Shown here: positions 18,889 through 27,785 of the stretch, piece after piece
How the letters are laid out: each line of letters begins with the position of its first letter
How positions within the stretch are numbered: the first letter of the stretch is position 1
From: Nitrospirota bacterium
GTDB taxonomy: Bacteria > Nitrospirota > JAOUDF01
Assembly: GCA_029859385.1 (NCBI GenBank)
Contig: JAOUDF010000002.1
Location: 1-41,064, forward strand
Reading direction: 5' to 3'
Length of the DNA: 41,064 nt
Position numbers and translations under genes: made by a program
Notes under the pieces: model-generated
What the model was told of the DNA's origin: nothing
Database searches by the model: none
Seen by the model: the letters and a program-made list of their open reading frames with translations, nothing else

Positions 18889-19755
18889 TCAGAAGGCGCC
18901 ATGCCGGATGATAACTTTCCAGGCTGTCGCGATGAGAACTTTTATATCAAGAGCAAGGGAACGTGTATCAACATATTCAAGATCGTAATTCACGGTCTGC
19001 TGAAAGGTGAGACGTCCTCTGCCGTTGATTTGCGGTAATCCCGTGATTCCAGGCTTGACTGTAAATTTACGCATCTGATCGGGGCGATAGTTCGGAAGCA
19101 TTTCGGGTATCTCGGGACGAGGCCCCACGAGTCTCATTGAACCGGTGAGGACGTTCCAGAAATTAGGCAGCTCATCAAGCGTCGTCGCCCTTAAAAATCT
19201 GCCTACTCTCGTTACTCTTATATCTTCAGGCATCTTAAAACAAACCTGCTCAATTTCTTCTTTGTTATACGCATAATTGTACATTTCGGGGAAGCGCTGA
19301 CGTGCATCAGCATACATTGATCTAAACTTGACAAAGCAGAATGTTTCAGGGACCCAATATTTCTTCTCCGGTGAGACATGCTGATCCAAAACATTAAACC
19401 GGTTGCCCGCAAGCAATGCATCTCCTCCAATGATCCTGCTTCGAGCTACTCTTCGCTGCAGAAAAAGGGCTGGGCCAGGAGAATCCAGCTTGATGATCAG
19501 TGCTATCAGCAACATAATCGGCATCGTAACAATGAGAGCTATCAAGCTTATTGTCATCTCAAAACATCGATACGCAACCTCCGCCATTTTCTCAAGCACA
19601 CTTATATTTCTTTTCTCTCCAGCACTGGCATCAATACAATATATACGCTGGGTAACATTGAACTCGGGCACAGCCTCACCGGCGGGTTCAATCGCTACAT
19701 GTCCCAGAAAAAAAGCCTCCTTGCCCCAAAACTGACTTTCGGAATCCATGATCAT
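18889..19755 (-). CDS. Initiating polyprenyl-phosphate sugar-phosphate transferase (bacterial sugar transferase family, WbaP/EpsL-like)
   Basis: TM segment LIALIVTMPIMLLIALIIKL, then SPGPALFLQRRV, KFRSMYADA, TLDELPNFWNVLTGSMRLVGPRPE and KPGITGLPQINGRG. Confidence 0.88.
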   Translation of the reverse strand: MIMDSESQFWGKEAFFLGHVAIEPAGEAVPEFNVTQRIYCIDASAGEKRNISVLEKMAEVAYRCFEMTISLIALIVTMPIMLLIALIIKLDSPGPALFLQRRVARSRIIGGDALLAGNRFNVLDQHVSPEKKYWVPETFCFVKFRSMYADARQRFPEMYNYAYNKEEIEQVCFKMPEDIRVTRVGRFLRATTLDELPNFWNVLTGSMRLVGPRPEIPEMLPNYRPDQMRKFTVKPGITGLPQINGRGRLTFQQTVNYDLEYVDTRSLALDIKVLIATAWKVIIRHGAF

Positions 19756-19821
19756 CTCCTTCCCAATAACTGAGAACGACTCGCGTTTGAGAGTCGGGTG
19801 ATATTTTGCATCACCATTCTC

Positions 19822-21117
19822 TCAACACCTTTTTCCAAGTGACTCGGCAGTTCTCCTGCCACTTTGCATAGCTTCATCACTCCAGAGATATTCCCAGGCG
19901 CCGTATCTCCCACACGGGTATATATCAAGAGAGTTAAGATAGTCATGAAGCGTTTTCACCGAATCCCGTCGATGGTGGTCGTACACCACATATCCGTACT
20001 TTTGGTAGAAAACATCCTTGACAAGTATCTCATCTTTTCCATCAATTATTCCCGTCTTTACCAGATCAGATATCACCTTTTGAAGTAACTCCTCCCGCTC
20101 CGGTGGTTGAGCCGCGTCATAGGACACTTCCGCCTGAATGGAACTTGTCTCCGGTGGATTCAAGCCGTCGGTGAAGTTCCCGGGAAAGCTGATCCGAAAG
20201 AATGATATGTCTTTCTCAGGGAAATGCACCCAATGCTTATCGGTGAGGACCGCCCTGTTGATTCCAAGATTGACGACAGCAATCGAGTTATGACGGAGGC
20301 GCTCAACCGCCGTTTTTACCTCCGCGGGATGTTGAGGCAGTAGCCTTATAAGTTCCGGGAGAGGGATAGTCGAAATCAGCCTGCGATATCCAACCCTCTT
20401 TTCGCCATCATTAAATATGACTGTCTTGGTTTGCGGGTCTATGCCAGTAGCTTTCATCCTGTAATGAACCGGCTCTATCTTTTTCTCAAGAGCCCTGGCA
20501 ATGGCGGCAAAACCGACTCCTTTATCCGAAGGATATTGGAAATAGGCATGAGTACCCAATTTCGTTTCCTGATCGGCCAGCATACCTTTTATCACTTCTG
20601 TAAGCCGAGGCCTTGGCACCCTGTTTCCCACCCACTCAAACGTCATCTCGCTGGGTGAGCATCCCCAGAACTTCTCCGCATAAGGGATCAGAAAGGTAGA
20701 CGCAAAACCCGGCCCGAACTGTTGGATCATCCATTGTTCATAGTTGGCCGGGCTGTTTCCTTTTCCTGCGGCAATAAAACCTGCCACACAACGCGCCCGC
20801 ACCAACCAGGGCAGGTGAGATGTATTCACCTGGAAGGGATAGCGGGACAGACAACCATAGCTATATATCCACCCGCTTCTTTGCCGGGACACCAGATCTA
20901 CATTCAGGTTTTTGAGCAGACTCAGAAAATAATCATCCTTGCTCTGCAGGATATGAATACCAATGTCGAATACAAATCCGTCCACCGCATAGGAGTAAGA
21001 CGCCCCTCCCGAATAATTGGCCGCCTCATAAACAGGGAAGCCGCCGTGATATCCTGCGCTAAGTCCGGCCAATCCCGCCCCTAAGACAATTGCTGAATCC
21101 TTCCTGTTCTCCTCCAT
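19822..21117 (-). CDS. FAD/NAD(P)-binding oxidoreductase (amine-oxidase / UDP-galactopyranose-mutase-like fold)
   Basis: N-terminal dinucleotide-binding motif IVLGAGLAGLSAG. C-terminal CGRYGAWEYLWSDEAMQSG resembles the GRxGxxxY tail of this fold family. Confidence 0.65.
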   Translation of the reverse strand: MEENRKDSAIVLGAGLAGLSAGYHGGFPVYEAANYSGGASYSYAVDGFVFDIGIHILQSKDDYFLSLLKNLNVDLVSRQRSGWIYSYGCLSRYPFQVNTSHLPWLVRARCVAGFIAAGKGNSPANYEQWMIQQFGPGFASTFLIPYAEKFWGCSPSEMTFEWVGNRVPRPRLTEVIKGMLADQETKLGTHAYFQYPSDKGVGFAAIARALEKKIEPVHYRMKATGIDPQTKTVIFNDGEKRVGYRRLISTIPLPELIRLLPQHPAEVKTAVERLRHNSIAVVNLGINRAVLTDKHWVHFPEKDISFFRISFPGNFTDGLNPPETSSIQAEVSYDAAQPPEREELLQKVISDLVKTGIIDGKDEILVKDVFYQKYGYVVYDHHRRDSVKTLHDYLNSLDIYPCGRYGAWEYLWSDEAMQSGRRTAESLGKRC

Positions 21118-21119
21118 TC

Positions 21120-21299
21120 TTAATATCCAATCTCCCGCAAACCATAGAACACACCGTACGCAAGCAGACTTCCCATGAGCGCAACAATGCCTATACGGAG
21201 ACTATCGGGCAGACGACGTCGTGTTTTCCTGAAATATGATGGTTCTTCAGGCTTAGCAGACGCGGTACTTCCCATGGATGATGATTCATTTTCAGGCAT
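21120..21299 (-). CDS. Possible 59-aa single-TM protein wedged between the Wzz-like and FAD genes
   Basis: MPENESSS...RRRLPDSLRIGIVALMGSLLAYGVFYGL. Its start overlaps the Wzz stop by 8 nt and its stop lies 2 nt before the FAD gene start. No homology recognised. Confidence 0.3.
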   Translation of the reverse strand: MPENESSSMGSTASAKPEEPSYFRKTRRRLPDSLRIGIVALMGSLLAYGVFYGLREIGY

Positions 21300-22650
21300 T
21301 TGACTGCTCCGCAACATTTTCAGTCCTGTCATCGGTACGTGCTTTATAGCCTCTTGAAGCGAAGAAAACGCGAACATTGAAGTACGCCAGGACATAAATC
21401 AAACCTGTAGAGAAGATAAACGACAAAACTGCGGTAAGGCCTACATGGTAAAGCTTGATAGGGCTTACCGGCTTACCGGGTACGGCAGCCTTGTGCATTA
21501 CCATGGCCACACTTTTTACTGAAGCAATCCTTTCAAAAGACTCAAGATACATATCCTTAAGATGCTGGTAATCTCTGGTCTCTGCTTCAATTTTAATATC
21601 GACGGCATCAAGCTTTCGCTGCACGTTCGTCATTTTTTGTATGTCATCCTTTTTGGCTGCTATAGACCCCCTGAGATTAGTCAGTCTTCCCGCTAATCCC
21701 TCTAGTTCAATCTCATCAAACAGCCTCTCCGACTGCATCCTCTTCAAGTCAGCAGGGTTGATATACACCTTGCTTTTCTTGTCCTCCTCATTGCTGTATT
21801 TTGCAATTTTTTTTCTTTTTTCCTGAATTTGTGAGCTAATCCGTTCGGCTTCCAGTTCCATCTCATAAATATTCCCGACACCTTTGTGCGTTTCATCCCG
21901 AACTGAGACAACACCAGCCTTACCCAATAGCGCCTCTCGTTCGCGACGAAGCACTTCCAGATCTCTTTCCTTCATGACCATCTGTTCACTGAGGATATTG
22001 TATTTCTCAGCAGCCGGGTCCTTATCCTGGCTCTTGAGCCATTCAACAAGGGTGTCACCCACCCTGTCTACTATCATCGCGGCTCTTTCCGGATATTTAT
22101 CTTTAATGGAGAGCACAAAGACATACGATTCCTTCGTCGCGGATATATCAATAGTCTCTCTGAGACCACTAATTGCCTTGATGGCAGGATCTTCCTCGAT
22201 AACCCGACCGTACTTAAGCAGCATCATCAGTTTTGATGAATACTCCTTGAGAAAGTCCTTGGTTTCGTGATACCAGCGTTGATACCAGACCGGGTAGTAC
22301 ACCTTATCTTTTCTGTCCAGATGAAGTTCTTCTACAACGGGACGAAGGATATTCTCACTTGCAACGATATCGCGCAGAGTCTGGCCGATAACCTTGAAGG
22401 AAGGCGTGGGCACCGGTGCCCCAAATGCTTCATTCGACTTCTGCCGCAGAATGCTTGATTCCACAGGACGATAGAAGATCATCGTCGCGGCCTGATATTT
22501 CTCTGAGTAAATATAGGTAAGAGCAACAGAGGTGGAAATAGCCGAAATACAGAATACCAGGATAAACCACTTCTGCTCACGCAGTATCGCGAGATACTTG
22601 AAGTAATCGACATTAAAGAAGAAATCCCGGGGCGATTTAATTGCGCTCAT
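21292..22650 (-). CDS. Wzz-type polysaccharide chain-length determinant (co-polymerase) without a kinase domain
   Basis: N-terminal Wzz motif YLAILREQKWFILVFCISAISTSVALTYIYSEKYQAAT, a long coiled-coil periplasmic region and a C-terminal TM segment. No Walker A motif. Confidence 0.8.
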   Translation of the reverse strand: MSAIKSPRDFFFNVDYFKYLAILREQKWFILVFCISAISTSVALTYIYSEKYQAATMIFYRPVESSILRQKSNEAFGAPVPTPSFKVIGQTLRDIVASENILRPVVEELHLDRKDKVYYPVWYQRWYHETKDFLKEYSSKLMMLLKYGRVIEEDPAIKAISGLRETIDISATKESYVFVLSIKDKYPERAAMIVDRVGDTLVEWLKSQDKDPAAEKYNILSEQMVMKERDLEVLRREREALLGKAGVVSVRDETHKGVGNIYEMELEAERISSQIQEKRKKIAKYSNEEDKKSKVYINPADLKRMQSERLFDEIELEGLAGRLTNLRGSIAAKKDDIQKMTNVQRKLDAVDIKIEAETRDYQHLKDMYLESFERIASVKSVAMVMHKAAVPGKPVSPIKLYHVGLTAVLSFIFSTGLIYVLAYFNVRVFFASRGYKARTDDRTENVAEQSNA

Positions 22651-22671
22651 TTAGCCCCACCCGGTATCAAG

Positions 22672-24213
22672 CTATGACAAATCATACTGATACTCCCGCC
22701 CCCAGAAGATATTGATATATTTCTTGCTCACATAATGGCTTATATCTTTCTTCCGGAGCTCCTGATCTATTTCAGCGTCTCTCTCCGCAAATATCTTCTC
22801 TACCTCTCCGTTTTCCCACAGCTCTCTCGATCGCGAATAAAGATCATCTATATTTTTAAGGTAGATTGCGCGCCCTTCGTTGTGAAGATTGGCGTTGAGA
22901 TACCATCTGAACATAACCCTGGCTTTCTTGAACTCAAGAGGGGGAAGATATTCATCTTTCAATACAGATGCTCCTCTGTATGAGTCAACAACATCCCATT
23001 TTGCGCTGTCCAGCATCCCGCTCGCTACGCAGTCACGATAGAGTTCCGAACCAGGATAGGGGATAAACGTGGAGACCCAAACGATGTAGGGCTTCATCAA
23101 TGCATTGAGCGACACTGTCTCCATAATGTTGTCAATCGTCTCACCGGGGATACCGATCATATTGAATGATTGAGGTTTCAAGCCAAGCTCTGTCGCCGTC
23201 CCGAAAACATTTACCAGCAAGTCATTACTGATATTCCTTTTCAGGACTTTTTTTCGTATCGCCTCATTTCCTGCTTCGACCCCCATTTTCACAACCTTGC
23301 AACCAGACTGCTTGAGTTTCTCCGCCACGGTGCGCGTGAATAAAAGAGGATGAGACGTACACGCATAAGGCAACCCTATCTCACTGGCATATCTCTCGGT
23401 AAACTCATCAAGCCATTCGCCTTCCTGCGCCATGATGTCATCCACGAAGGTAAACGCCTTGATGCCGGGATAGGTCGATTTTATATCCTTGAGCATTTCC
23501 AGCGTTGATCCCACACTTCTTCGCCTGACATACTCTTTTTTCTTAAGCGTAATACCGGAATTTTCCTTGAGATCTTTACGGTACTCATCAAAAAAGGGCT
23601 GATTAAAACAATAGGTACACGGATAGGGGCATCCCCTGGTCACGATCACTTCAGCCCACCCACTTCTCGTATTTACCAGGCGGTTATAGTCAAATATACT
23701 CCTGTCCTCAAAAGGCAAGCTGTCCATATCGCCAGCAAGAGCTCCGAACGGCTCTCTCACTATAGTGCCATTCTTGCGATGAATAAGATTGCGAGTTCCG
23801 TCCAGGGGAGTCCCGGTTTCCATACGACGTACCACCTCGGGCAGCATGTTGTCGCCTTCTCCTCGACAAACCATGTCTATCCACGACTCTCCAATGACAT
23901 TGTCAGGGTCGGCTGTGGCATGGTGACCGCCCACAAGGATGGGGATATCAAACTTTTCCTTTATCGCTTTCCCTATTTGTCGCGCAAAGAACCACTGATT
24001 GGTAGTAACGGAGAAGCAGATGAGCCCCGGACCATACTCTCTAATATCTTTATTAATACGGTCGACATCAAGTGGATAATCCAGTTCACTGGAGACATGA
24101 ACCAGCCTGGTCTGATGTCCTTCCCTTTTGAGGGCAGCTGATAGAGCACCAATCCCGGCGGTATACCCTACAGCAGTACTTACATCCGTGTAAATAAACA
24201 AAACCCTCATCAA
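22672..24213 (-). CDS. B12-binding-domain radical SAM enzyme
   Basis: N-terminal Rossmann-like cobalamin-binding region (RVLFIYTD...ILVGGHHATADPD), then the radical SAM cluster motif GCPYPCTYC (CxxxCxxC, nt 23608-23631). Confidence 0.85.
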   Translation of the reverse strand: MMRVLFIYTDVSTAVGYTAGIGALSAALKREGHQTRLVHVSSELDYPLDVDRINKDIREYGPGLICFSVTTNQWFFARQIGKAIKEKFDIPILVGGHHATADPDNVIGESWIDMVCRGEGDNMLPEVVRRMETGTPLDGTRNLIHRKNGTIVREPFGALAGDMDSLPFEDRSIFDYNRLVNTRSGWAEVIVTRGCPYPCTYCFNQPFFDEYRKDLKENSGITLKKKEYVRRRSVGSTLEMLKDIKSTYPGIKAFTFVDDIMAQEGEWLDEFTERYASEIGLPYACTSHPLLFTRTVAEKLKQSGCKVVKMGVEAGNEAIRKKVLKRNISNDLLVNVFGTATELGLKPQSFNMIGIPGETIDNIMETVSLNALMKPYIVWVSTFIPYPGSELYRDCVASGMLDSAKWDVVDSYRGASVLKDEYLPPLEFKKARVMFRWYLNANLHNEGRAIYLKNIDDLYSRSRELWENGEVEKIFAERDAEIDQELRKKDISHYVSKKYINIFWGREYQYDLS

Positions 24214-24277
24214 GTCCTCCCGGGGATATTCAGATAAGCGAAGCCAGAATGTTATTTACAAAAGCGCTTGGCGAACC

Positions 24278-25201
24278 TCAGGCCTGTATTCTTGACCTCA
24301 CATAAGAGGGGAAGTGCGTTTCAATATAATCCCTCAATGCATCTTGCCACGGGCGCATGAGGTTACACCCTATCCGATCAAGACCAGCATTGGCAAGCCT
24401 CTCTGAAGGTGGGCGCACTACAAAGTATTCCTCTTTGAAGAAATCAGAACTGACGGGAGTTAACTCAACATCATCTATTTCACAGATTGACAGTATCTCA
24501 CGGGCCACATCATAGCGAGTACCGCCACCGGCACATACCATATGGTATGTCCCGTATTGCTTTGTTTCCACGAGCGCGTGAAGATTCTGGGCAAAGTTGT
24601 AGGCACACGTCGGGGTCCCCCATAGATCATTCACTGCAAAGAGTTCCTTCTTATTCTCCCCAATCTGTTTAAGCATCTTGTATATGAATTTCTTTTCCTT
24701 CGCCTCTCCCCCTCCCATCATCCATCCCGCTCTAACAACGAAAGCCTTGGAACAATTGTTTAAAACATGCAGCTCCCCGTCATACTTTGTCTGACCATAG
24801 ACCATTATCGGGTTTGGCTTGTCCGTCTCCACATAAAAATCGCTCTTCGTTCCATCAAAAACTCCGGCAGTACTGATATATACAAGCGTCGTCCCATATT
24901 CTTCCGATAGCTTGGCGATTTTCCTTGTCGCGACAGAATTGGTTGCTTCAGCTATCTCCGGATGAGTCTCACAATATTCCAAATCGGTTTCGGCTGCCAA
25001 ATGCAGCACTAGATCAGGCCTGAACTCCTTGAAGATTGAGTCCAGATGAGCGTGGTCACGAACATCCAGTTTAAAAAGCCATTTTTCGTTCACGTCCTTG
25101 TCAGTAGCCAATACATCATCATAGAGTTTGGTAAAATAAGGATATACTGCGCTCCCCAGCATCCCGCCACATCCCGTAATAAGCACCTTCTCCGATTTCA
25201 T
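24278..25201 (-). CDS. NAD(P)-dependent sugar epimerase/reductase (extended SDR, RmlD-like)
   Basis: KVLITGCGGMLGSAV glycine-rich motif and the YGQTK catalytic YxxxK. Start taken at ATG 25201, preceded by AAAGGAGG; the ORF-track start at 25336 would overlap the Wza-like gene. Confidence 0.85.
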   Translation of the reverse strand: MKSEKVLITGCGGMLGSAVYPYFTKLYDDVLATDKDVNEKWLFKLDVRDHAHLDSIFKEFRPDLVLHLAAETDLEYCETHPEIAEATNSVATRKIAKLSEEYGTTLVYISTAGVFDGTKSDFYVETDKPNPIMVYGQTKYDGELHVLNNCSKAFVVRAGWMMGGGEAKEKKFIYKMLKQIGENKKELFAVNDLWGTPTCAYNFAQNLHALVETKQYGTYHMVCAGGGTRYDVAREILSICEIDDVELTPVSSDFFKEEYFVVRPPSERLANAGLDRIGCNLMRPWQDALRDYIETHFPSYVRSRIQA

Positions 25202-25229
25202 AATAATGCCTCCTTTCTGACCTTTCACG

Positions 25230-26453
25230 TTATTTAACATGTACATCCGATGAGCTCTTGTTAAGATAATACTGGAATCCGAACATAACATTGATTGGTA
25301 ACAACTTGTACAAATACTGATCCATAAAGAGGTCAACTTTTGCTATAGTAGTCTTCGGGACATAAAGTACGTCGTATGGCTTTAAAATCAGATCAGGAGA
25401 CTGCCCGCTCATTATGTCGTCAACTTTGAGCAAATACGTCTGAGGTTTCTCCGCCATATTGTATCGAAGCAAGACCACATTACTCAGCTCAGCGCTGTTC
25501 TTTGAGCCGCCGGCCTGGATCAAGGCACCCAAGGCGGTTGTCATCCCTTTCATGTGTATCAAGCCGGGAGCGCCGACTTCTCCCCCGACATAAACTTTTT
25601 GAGAAGAGAATTCTTTCACAATAACTGTCGCAATCGGGGTCTTACTCGTTTTCACGGCGACAGTTACCAAAGGCGTTTTAAAACTCTTTACTTTAACCAT
25701 AAGCTGGGGACGCTCAAGAACAGAAGAGTACTCCTTAATCAAGAGACCCCGGAGCTCAGCAACGGTCATACCAGCCACCCTGATTTCCTCTTCAATCAAC
25801 TGAAGGGCCAACCTGCCGTCTTGCCGAACTGTCAGGTCATCATTAAGGCTGTCGCTGTAAAGAAATTTGAGTGAAATAGTATCTCCAACGCCGATAGTAT
25901 AAGCATCTGTTGACGTCATGAAGACCTCGGCATACTTTGCAGAAATATTATTACTCAACAGGGCAGGAGTCAAACCGGCAGCGTCGATATCGCCAATAAG
26001 CTGTAACGATATTTTCCCATCTCTACGGATAGTAACCTCATCATTTAGTCCTTCATTATAGAAAGACCTGATCGCGACAGAATCACCAATACCAAGGACA
26101 TAGCTCTCGGTCGACGAATGAAACACCTGGGAATATTTCCTTGTAATGTCATCACTTAGCAGGGCAGGTGTCATCCCGGCCGCCGTGACATCTCCAAGGA
26201 GCTGGAGAGATATTTTACCATCAGGCCGCACAAGAAGGTCTTCATTCAGCTTTTCATTGTAATAGAACTTGACCGACAAGAGATCGCCCGCCCCAATTAC
26301 ATACGGCTGTTCCATGCTTCGTGAATTCATGGCTCCGATCTCGTCGTGGCTAGGGATTATTCCTGCTGAATTCTGGCTAGCACATCCCGCAATCATTAAG
26401 AGAGCAACCATGATCAAGCAAAGGAGAGAGCATTCCCTGCTACCCTTCATCAT
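25230..26453 (-). CDS. Wza-like outer-membrane polysaccharide export lipoprotein with three tandem Poly_export (PES) domains plus an SLBB domain
   Basis: Lipobox MIAGC. Three about 68-aa repeats (YVIGAGDLLSVKFYYNEKLNEDLLVRPDGKISLQLLGDVTAAGMTP..., YVLGIGDSVAIRSFYNEGLNDEVTIRRDGKISLQLIGDIDAAGLTP..., YTIGVGDTISLKFLYSDSLNDDLTVRQDGRLALQLI...VAGMTV...), then VYVGGEVGAPGLIHM. ATG 26453/26450 is preceded by GGAG; the ORF-track start at 26474 is a TTG. Confidence 0.85.
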   Translation of the reverse strand: MMKGSRECSLLCLIMVALLMIAGCASQNSAGIIPSHDEIGAMNSRSMEQPYVIGAGDLLSVKFYYNEKLNEDLLVRPDGKISLQLLGDVTAAGMTPALLSDDITRKYSQVFHSSTESYVLGIGDSVAIRSFYNEGLNDEVTIRRDGKISLQLIGDIDAAGLTPALLSNNISAKYAEVFMTSTDAYTIGVGDTISLKFLYSDSLNDDLTVRQDGRLALQLIEEEIRVAGMTVAELRGLLIKEYSSVLERPQLMVKVKSFKTPLVTVAVKTSKTPIATVIVKEFSSQKVYVGGEVGAPGLIHMKGMTTALGALIQAGGSKNSAELSNVVLLRYNMAEKPQTYLLKVDDIMSGQSPDLILKPYDVLYVPKTTIAKVDLFMDQYLYKLLPINVMFGFQYYLNKSSSDVHVK

Positions 26454-26594
26454 CACTCCACTACTTAGTCTCAATTTTTATCCCTCGCCTTTTATCGAAT
26501 ATTCCAATGTAGTTAGCAGCATGCATGAATTTAATCTCATTTAGCACTGAGCGCAAGGAACAAACTTAACACCTATAACAAATCTCAAGCATAA

Positions 26595-26610
26595 GCGATA
26601 TTTGTGCCAA
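26595..26610 (-). promoter_or_regulatory. Candidate sigma54 (-24/-12) promoter for the polysaccharide operon
   Basis: The minus strand reads TTGGCACAAATATCGC. The GG and GC dinucleotides are separated by exactly 10 nt, and the -24 TGGCAC is perfect. It lies about 140 nt upstream of the Wza-like start codon. Confidence 0.4.
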
Positions 26611-26658
26611 AACCTATCACTCTGTTTTTACTAAAGATTTACCCATCTCATTTTAAAG

Positions 26659-26677
26659 GTGCTCCCAAAGGGAGCAC
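26659..26677. promoter_or_regulatory. Perfect 19-bp palindrome GTGCTCCC-AAA-GGGAGCAC, a possible enhancer-binding-protein site (UAS)
   Basis: Read directly. Its centre is about 60 bp upstream of the -24 element at 26604-26610. Confidence 0.35.
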
Positions 26678-26855
26678 TTGCAAGTCAATATCTTGATACA
26701 AATCGAGCCTAACCGCATTTATGAACTTGCAAAGCTGGCACCATAGCACTGGTGTGATAAAACCCTTGTCATTGACAATAGCGGTATTATTCTGCTAGCG
26801 TCAAAAAGATGACGGCGTCTAATTGATAGCTTCCAATACCTTTGCACTTTCCAAC

Positions 26856-27782
26856 ATGTCCGCTTATTCAAAATCTTCCTTGTCGGCCCTCATCGTAAGC
26901 TTCAACTGCTGGAGCCATCTTGATGCCTGCATAAGGTCGTTACTTGCTTCTACCTTGTTGCCGTCGGAGATCGTTGTTATCGACAATGCCTCGGTCGACA
27001 GTACTATCGAGAATTTGAAGAAGAACTATCCCTCGGTTACCCTGATCAGAAACCTGGAAAATGTTGGCCACACCAAAGCTGTTAACCAAGGACTTCAGAT
27101 TGTAAAAGAAGAATTTGTCCTTTTGCTTGATGCAGACACCGTGTTGACGCCGAAATGTGTTGAGACCTTGGCTGATTTCCTTGAAAGGAAGAGGGACGTC
27201 TGGATGGTGGTGCCGAGGATTTATTATCCTGACGGAGGCATTCAAGAAAGCGCTAGGAATTTCCCTACCGTCTTGAGCGGCCTCTTTGGTCGCCAAAGCC
27301 TTATGACCCGGCTTTTCCCTGGCAACCCCATTTCTCGCAAGTATTTGGCTCGGCATCACCTCGCCTCCACGGAACCCTTTCAGGTTGAGTTCGTGGCAGC
27401 TACCTGCATGTTGTTTCGAAGAAAAATAATTAACCATGCAGGACTATGGGATGACAAATACAGCGGCTATTGGGTTGACGCTGACTGGTGCAAGAGGATC
27501 GGCAATCTGCACGGCCTCATTTATTGCGTACCCTCCGCCTCTCTTATTCATCATGAACAAAATCGACGTTCACTCAAGAAAAGCCCTTCACGGATTATCA
27601 GCTTCCATAGCGGGGTTTACAGACTTTACAGCCTCCACTATACCAAAGGACCTTTGGATCCAAGAAGGTATATCGCCGCTTTGCTGCTCTCCATCCGTTT
27701 GATGTTGCTTCTACTGGCAAATATGTTTAAGACATCTGCCAGCCACCCACAGGATCCACTAACCATAAAGAAGAGACGATAA
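26856..27782 (+). CDS. Family 2 glycosyltransferase, divergent from the main operon
   Basis: LSALIVSFNCWSHLDACIRSL ... VVIDNASVDST ... LLLDADTVL. ATG at 26856; the ORF track uses the upstream TTG at 26823. Confidence 0.85.
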   Translation: MSAYSKSSLSALIVSFNCWSHLDACIRSLLASTLLPSEIVVIDNASVDSTIENLKKNYPSVTLIRNLENVGHTKAVNQGLQIVKEEFVLLLDADTVLTPKCVETLADFLERKRDVWMVVPRIYYPDGGIQESARNFPTVLSGLFGRQSLMTRLFPGNPISRKYLARHHLASTEPFQVEFVAATCMLFRRKIINHAGLWDDKYSGYWVDADWCKRIGNLHGLIYCVPSASLIHHEQNRRSLKKSPSRIISFHSGVYRLYSLHYTKGPLDPRRYIAALLLSIRLMLLLLANMFKTSASHPQDPLTIKKRR

Positions 27783-27785
27783 GGC

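Noticed and set aside
26541-26549. TTAGCACTG, resembling a CIRCE half-site
   Set aside because: There is no inverted partner 9 nt away, so this is a single half-site only.
26736-26750. Plus-strand perfect TGGCAC upstream of the divergent GT2 gene
   Set aside because: There is no GC dinucleotide at the required -12 position (TGGCAC-CATAG-CACT). The same DNA read on the minus strand gives a better-spaced element, which is reported in the findings.
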